From contig JBKPND010000029.1 in the NCBI GenBank assembly GCA_046732465.1, positions 17,123-81,122 on the forward strand: a stretch of DNA of 64,000 bases, written 5' to 3'. The DNA is from Actinomycetota bacterium. Lineage in GTDB: Bacteria; Actinomycetota; Thermoleophilia; Solirubrobacterales; 70-9. Numbering within the stretch: the first letter of the stretch is position 1; every line of letters starts with the position of its first letter. Positions 62,138-64,000 of this stretch are shown one piece after another. The translations under genes were made by a program, and so were the position numbers. Under the pieces are notes generated by a model that saw only the letters and a program-made list of their open reading frames with translations, was not told the origin of the DNA and ran no database searches.

Positions 62138-63448
62138 GTGTCGTTCGTCCGCAGAAGCTCGATATCCGCCGTCATCGCAGCTCTGACCGTCGTGCTGCTC
62201 GGGGTCGCGGTCATGCCGAGCTCCGCCTCGGCCCTGAGCCGCAGCCAGGCGCGCTATCTGGCCGCCGCCAACAAGGGCGTCAAGCAGACCCACCGCTGGT
62301 GGAGTCGCGGCCTGCACTGGTATCGCGCGGTGCTGGACCAGGGGAGGGTGGCCTCGCTGTGGGGGATCGTGCCCCTGTTCGAGGCATTGAACGGACTGCA
62401 GACGGCCCAGCCCTCGGAGCGGCACCGCCAGCAGCTCAATCGCTTCGCCCGAGGCGCGGAGCGCTACGTGAACCCGACCCTCAAGCCGGTTCCCGGCTTC
62501 GGTCCCAAGCCCGGCCAGCACAATCCCGGGAAGACCACCTGGTTCGATGACAACGGCTGGTGGGGCCTCGCCTTCCTCGACGCCTATCGCGCCACGGGCA
62601 ATCCGCGCTACCTCTACGACGCGGAGGTCGCCCAGCGATTCATCAGCGTCTCGGGCTGGGATACCACGCCGGGCCGGCCCGGCGGCATCTGGTGGAACAC
62701 CAACCACAGCTTCTACGCGGGCGAGTCCCTCGCCGGAGGGACGCTGCTTTCCGCCCGCCTCTACGCGGTCACCCACGAGCAGGCCTATCTCGACGACGCC
62801 CTCAAGTTCATCGCCTGGGGGGACGTCTGGCTGACCGACCCGGCCACGGGGCTCTACGCACGGCTCCGCAAGCCGAAGACCTACAAGACGGGCAAGCCCG
62901 GGCCGGTCACCCCGCCGAGCGGCGCGGCCGCGACGGCTGACGCCAGGGCGCTGAAGGCCAACCCCGATGAGGCGGCGAAGCTCGAGGCATCCGGCCAACA
63001 GGTCCCCGCTCCGGGTGAGGCCGCCGCGGCGTTCAACAACTACCCGGCCTTCGCCCCGTCACCGATGCCCTACGTCAACGGGCCGATGATCCTCGCCCAC
63101 CGGATCATCTGCGAGCAGACGGGCAGACAGTCATTCTGCGACCGCGCCGCCGACCTGGCGGCGAGGACGCTCCAGGTCTATCAGCGCTTCTGGATGGGCC
63201 CGCAGTTCGACTTCTGGTACGTGCGGACCATGCTCGAGTTCGCGCGCCTCGACAACAATGGCGACTGGTACGGGATCGTGCGGCGCAACGCCCGCAGCGC
63301 GCTGCACCGGGCCACCGCCCGAAATGGCCTCTACCTGCGCACCTGGTACGGGAAGAAGGCCTCCCGGGCGAATGCGCCGAAGGGCAGCATTCAGCTGCAT
63401 GCGGCGAACGCGGCGCTGTTCGCCTGGATGGGAGCGCTCGGCCGCTAG
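62138..63448 (+). CDS. Glycoside hydrolase family 76-like (alpha-1,6-mannanase-like) secreted protein
   Basis: A signal peptide is followed by WFDDNGWWGLAFLDAYRATGNPRYL and GGIWWN. The start is GTG. Confidence 0.7.
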   Translation: MSFVRRSSISAVIAALTVVLLGVAVMPSSASALSRSQARYLAAANKGVKQTHRWWSRGLHWYRAVLDQGRVASLWGIVPLFEALNGLQTAQPSERHRQQLNRFARGAERYVNPTLKPVPGFGPKPGQHNPGKTTWFDDNGWWGLAFLDAYRATGNPRYLYDAEVAQRFISVSGWDTTPGRPGGIWWNTNHSFYAGESLAGGTLLSARLYAVTHEQAYLDDALKFIAWGDVWLTDPATGLYARLRKPKTYKTGKPGPVTPPSGAAATADARALKANPDEAAKLEASGQQVPAPGEAAAAFNNYPAFAPSPMPYVNGPMILAHRIICEQTGRQSFCDRAADLAARTLQVYQRFWMGPQFDFWYVRTMLEFARLDNNGDWYGIVRRNARSALHRATARNGLYLRTWYGKKASRANAPKGSIQLHAANAALFAWMGALGR

Positions 63449-63479
63449 GGCCGAGACCGTTCAGCGACTGCGGTCGGTG

Positions 63480-63614
63480 CTACGGCCCCGTGCCGGCGAG
63501 CGCCAGCGCCAGTACCGCCACTGCTATCCCGAAGACCGCGCCGATCCCGTAGGCGAGGACGAGCCGTCCGCCCCGGATTCGATCGGTCGCCAGGTGATCG
63601 ATCAACGTGCTCAT
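63480..63614 (-). CDS. Single-pass membrane micro-protein (44 aa) directly downstream of the riboswitch
   Basis: Own translation gives MSTLIDHLATDRIRGGRLVLAYGIGAVFGIAVAVLALALAGTGP*. An SD (AAGAGAGG) lies about 5 nt upstream. Confidence 0.5.
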   Translation of the reverse strand: MSTLIDHLATDRIRGGRLVLAYGIGAVFGIAVAVLALALAGTGP

Positions 63615-63631
63615 GCCAACCTCTCTTTCTC

Positions 63632-63757
63632 GGGCCTACGGGGTTAGCTGTCGGGCTCGCGCCGAAAGAGTGCGCTACGGCTGTGCCGATTCGCCCACGG
63701 AGCTGCGCTCCAATTTGGTTCCCCCGTTCGCGTCGCACACGACGCGATTCGGCAGGT
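63632..63757 (-). promoter_or_regulatory. Cyclic-di-AMP riboswitch (ydaO/yuaA class)
   Basis: The minus strand reads GCCGAAUC-[hairpin]-GAACGGGGGAACCAAAUUGG..GGGCGAAUC..AGCCCGACAGCUAACCCCGUAGGC. This matches the conserved blocks of the ydaO motif as I recall them (CGGGGGA.CCA, GGGGUGAAUC, CCG.CAGCUAACC.CGUA.GC). Confidence 0.75.
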
Positions 63758-63910
63758 GGATTAGCGGGGACCGTACCCGATTTCGCTGAAGCCAAACGAC
63801 CCTTCGGCAGCGAACTACGGCTTCGCCATATAGCCGCGGCCACAAGCGACCGCTCTCAATAACCGCTCGGGGCTGCGCCCCTCGCTCAGGATGGAGCGGT
63901 CTGGTGGCCG

Positions 63911-64000
63911 CTAAGCGGCCTTGCCGAGCTTGCCGTCGCGCACGAGCTCCTCGCGGACCTTGCGCACGTGGCCGGTGGAGCAGTTGGCGCGCTTGGCGAT
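63911..64000 (-). CDS. Partial CDS (3' end only); C-terminal HTH-like segment
   Basis: Own translation gives ..IAKRANCSTGHVRKVREELVRDGKLGKAA*. The stop is embedded in the GGCCGC-TAA-GCGGCC hairpin. Confidence 0.35.
   Translation of the reverse strand: MAKRANCSTGHVRKVREELVRDGKLGKAA

Noticed and set aside
63758-63775. CGCUAAUCC just upstream of the riboswitch might be its 5' P1 strand.
   Set aside because: The 3' end of the element is ..CCCCGUAGGC, which pairs with the GCC of GCCGAAUC (63746-63756) and not with CGCU. I treat the upstream match as coincidental.

Overview
This window is very GC-rich, gene-dense bacterial chromosome. The protein families suggest Actinomycetota, possibly Thermoleophilia or Rubrobacteria-like, but that placement is only an inference. 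I support about 75 coding regions. They include ppx, beta-carbonic anhydrase, a tyrosine-catabolism cluster (hppD-hmgA, fahA, Lrp and a large LuxR/LAL regulator), class II DAHP synthase, three DHA2 MFS pumps, three related ECF sigma factors, three class III nucleotide cyclases, a partner-switching module, and many small detox or redox enzymes and regulators.

There is one intact RNA gene, an initiator-type tRNA-Met at 1436-1509. The most unusual structure starts at that tRNA. Its 3' half plus its terminator hairpin is repeated in the same orientation at about 4.6, 8.2, 12.9 and 19.1 kb, including a perfect 84-bp direct repeat. A conserved 104-nt arm sits next to two of the copies, and tRNA-Pro-like 3' fragments bracket one cassette. 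No recombinase is present anywhere in the window. This looks like a tRNA-anchored stack of integrase-less islets or cassettes.

The same GGGCCC hairpin also occurs outside the array, next to truncated genes. Other notable items:
- A ydaO-type cyclic-di-AMP riboswitch lies on the minus strand at about 63632-63757 and appears to control only a 44-aa membrane micro-protein.
- A GspS-like ATP-grasp ligase is paired with a ferritin-like di-iron protein between the tyrosine-catabolism genes and DAHP synthase.
- One protein fuses SARP, alpha/beta-hydrolase and cyclase domains.
- One protein fuses MASE1, PP2C and an RsbW-like kinase.
- Several ultra-hydrophobic micro-ORFs and several frameshifted or truncated pseudogenes are present.

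All calls come from reading the sequence and recalling family motifs. No database search was run.
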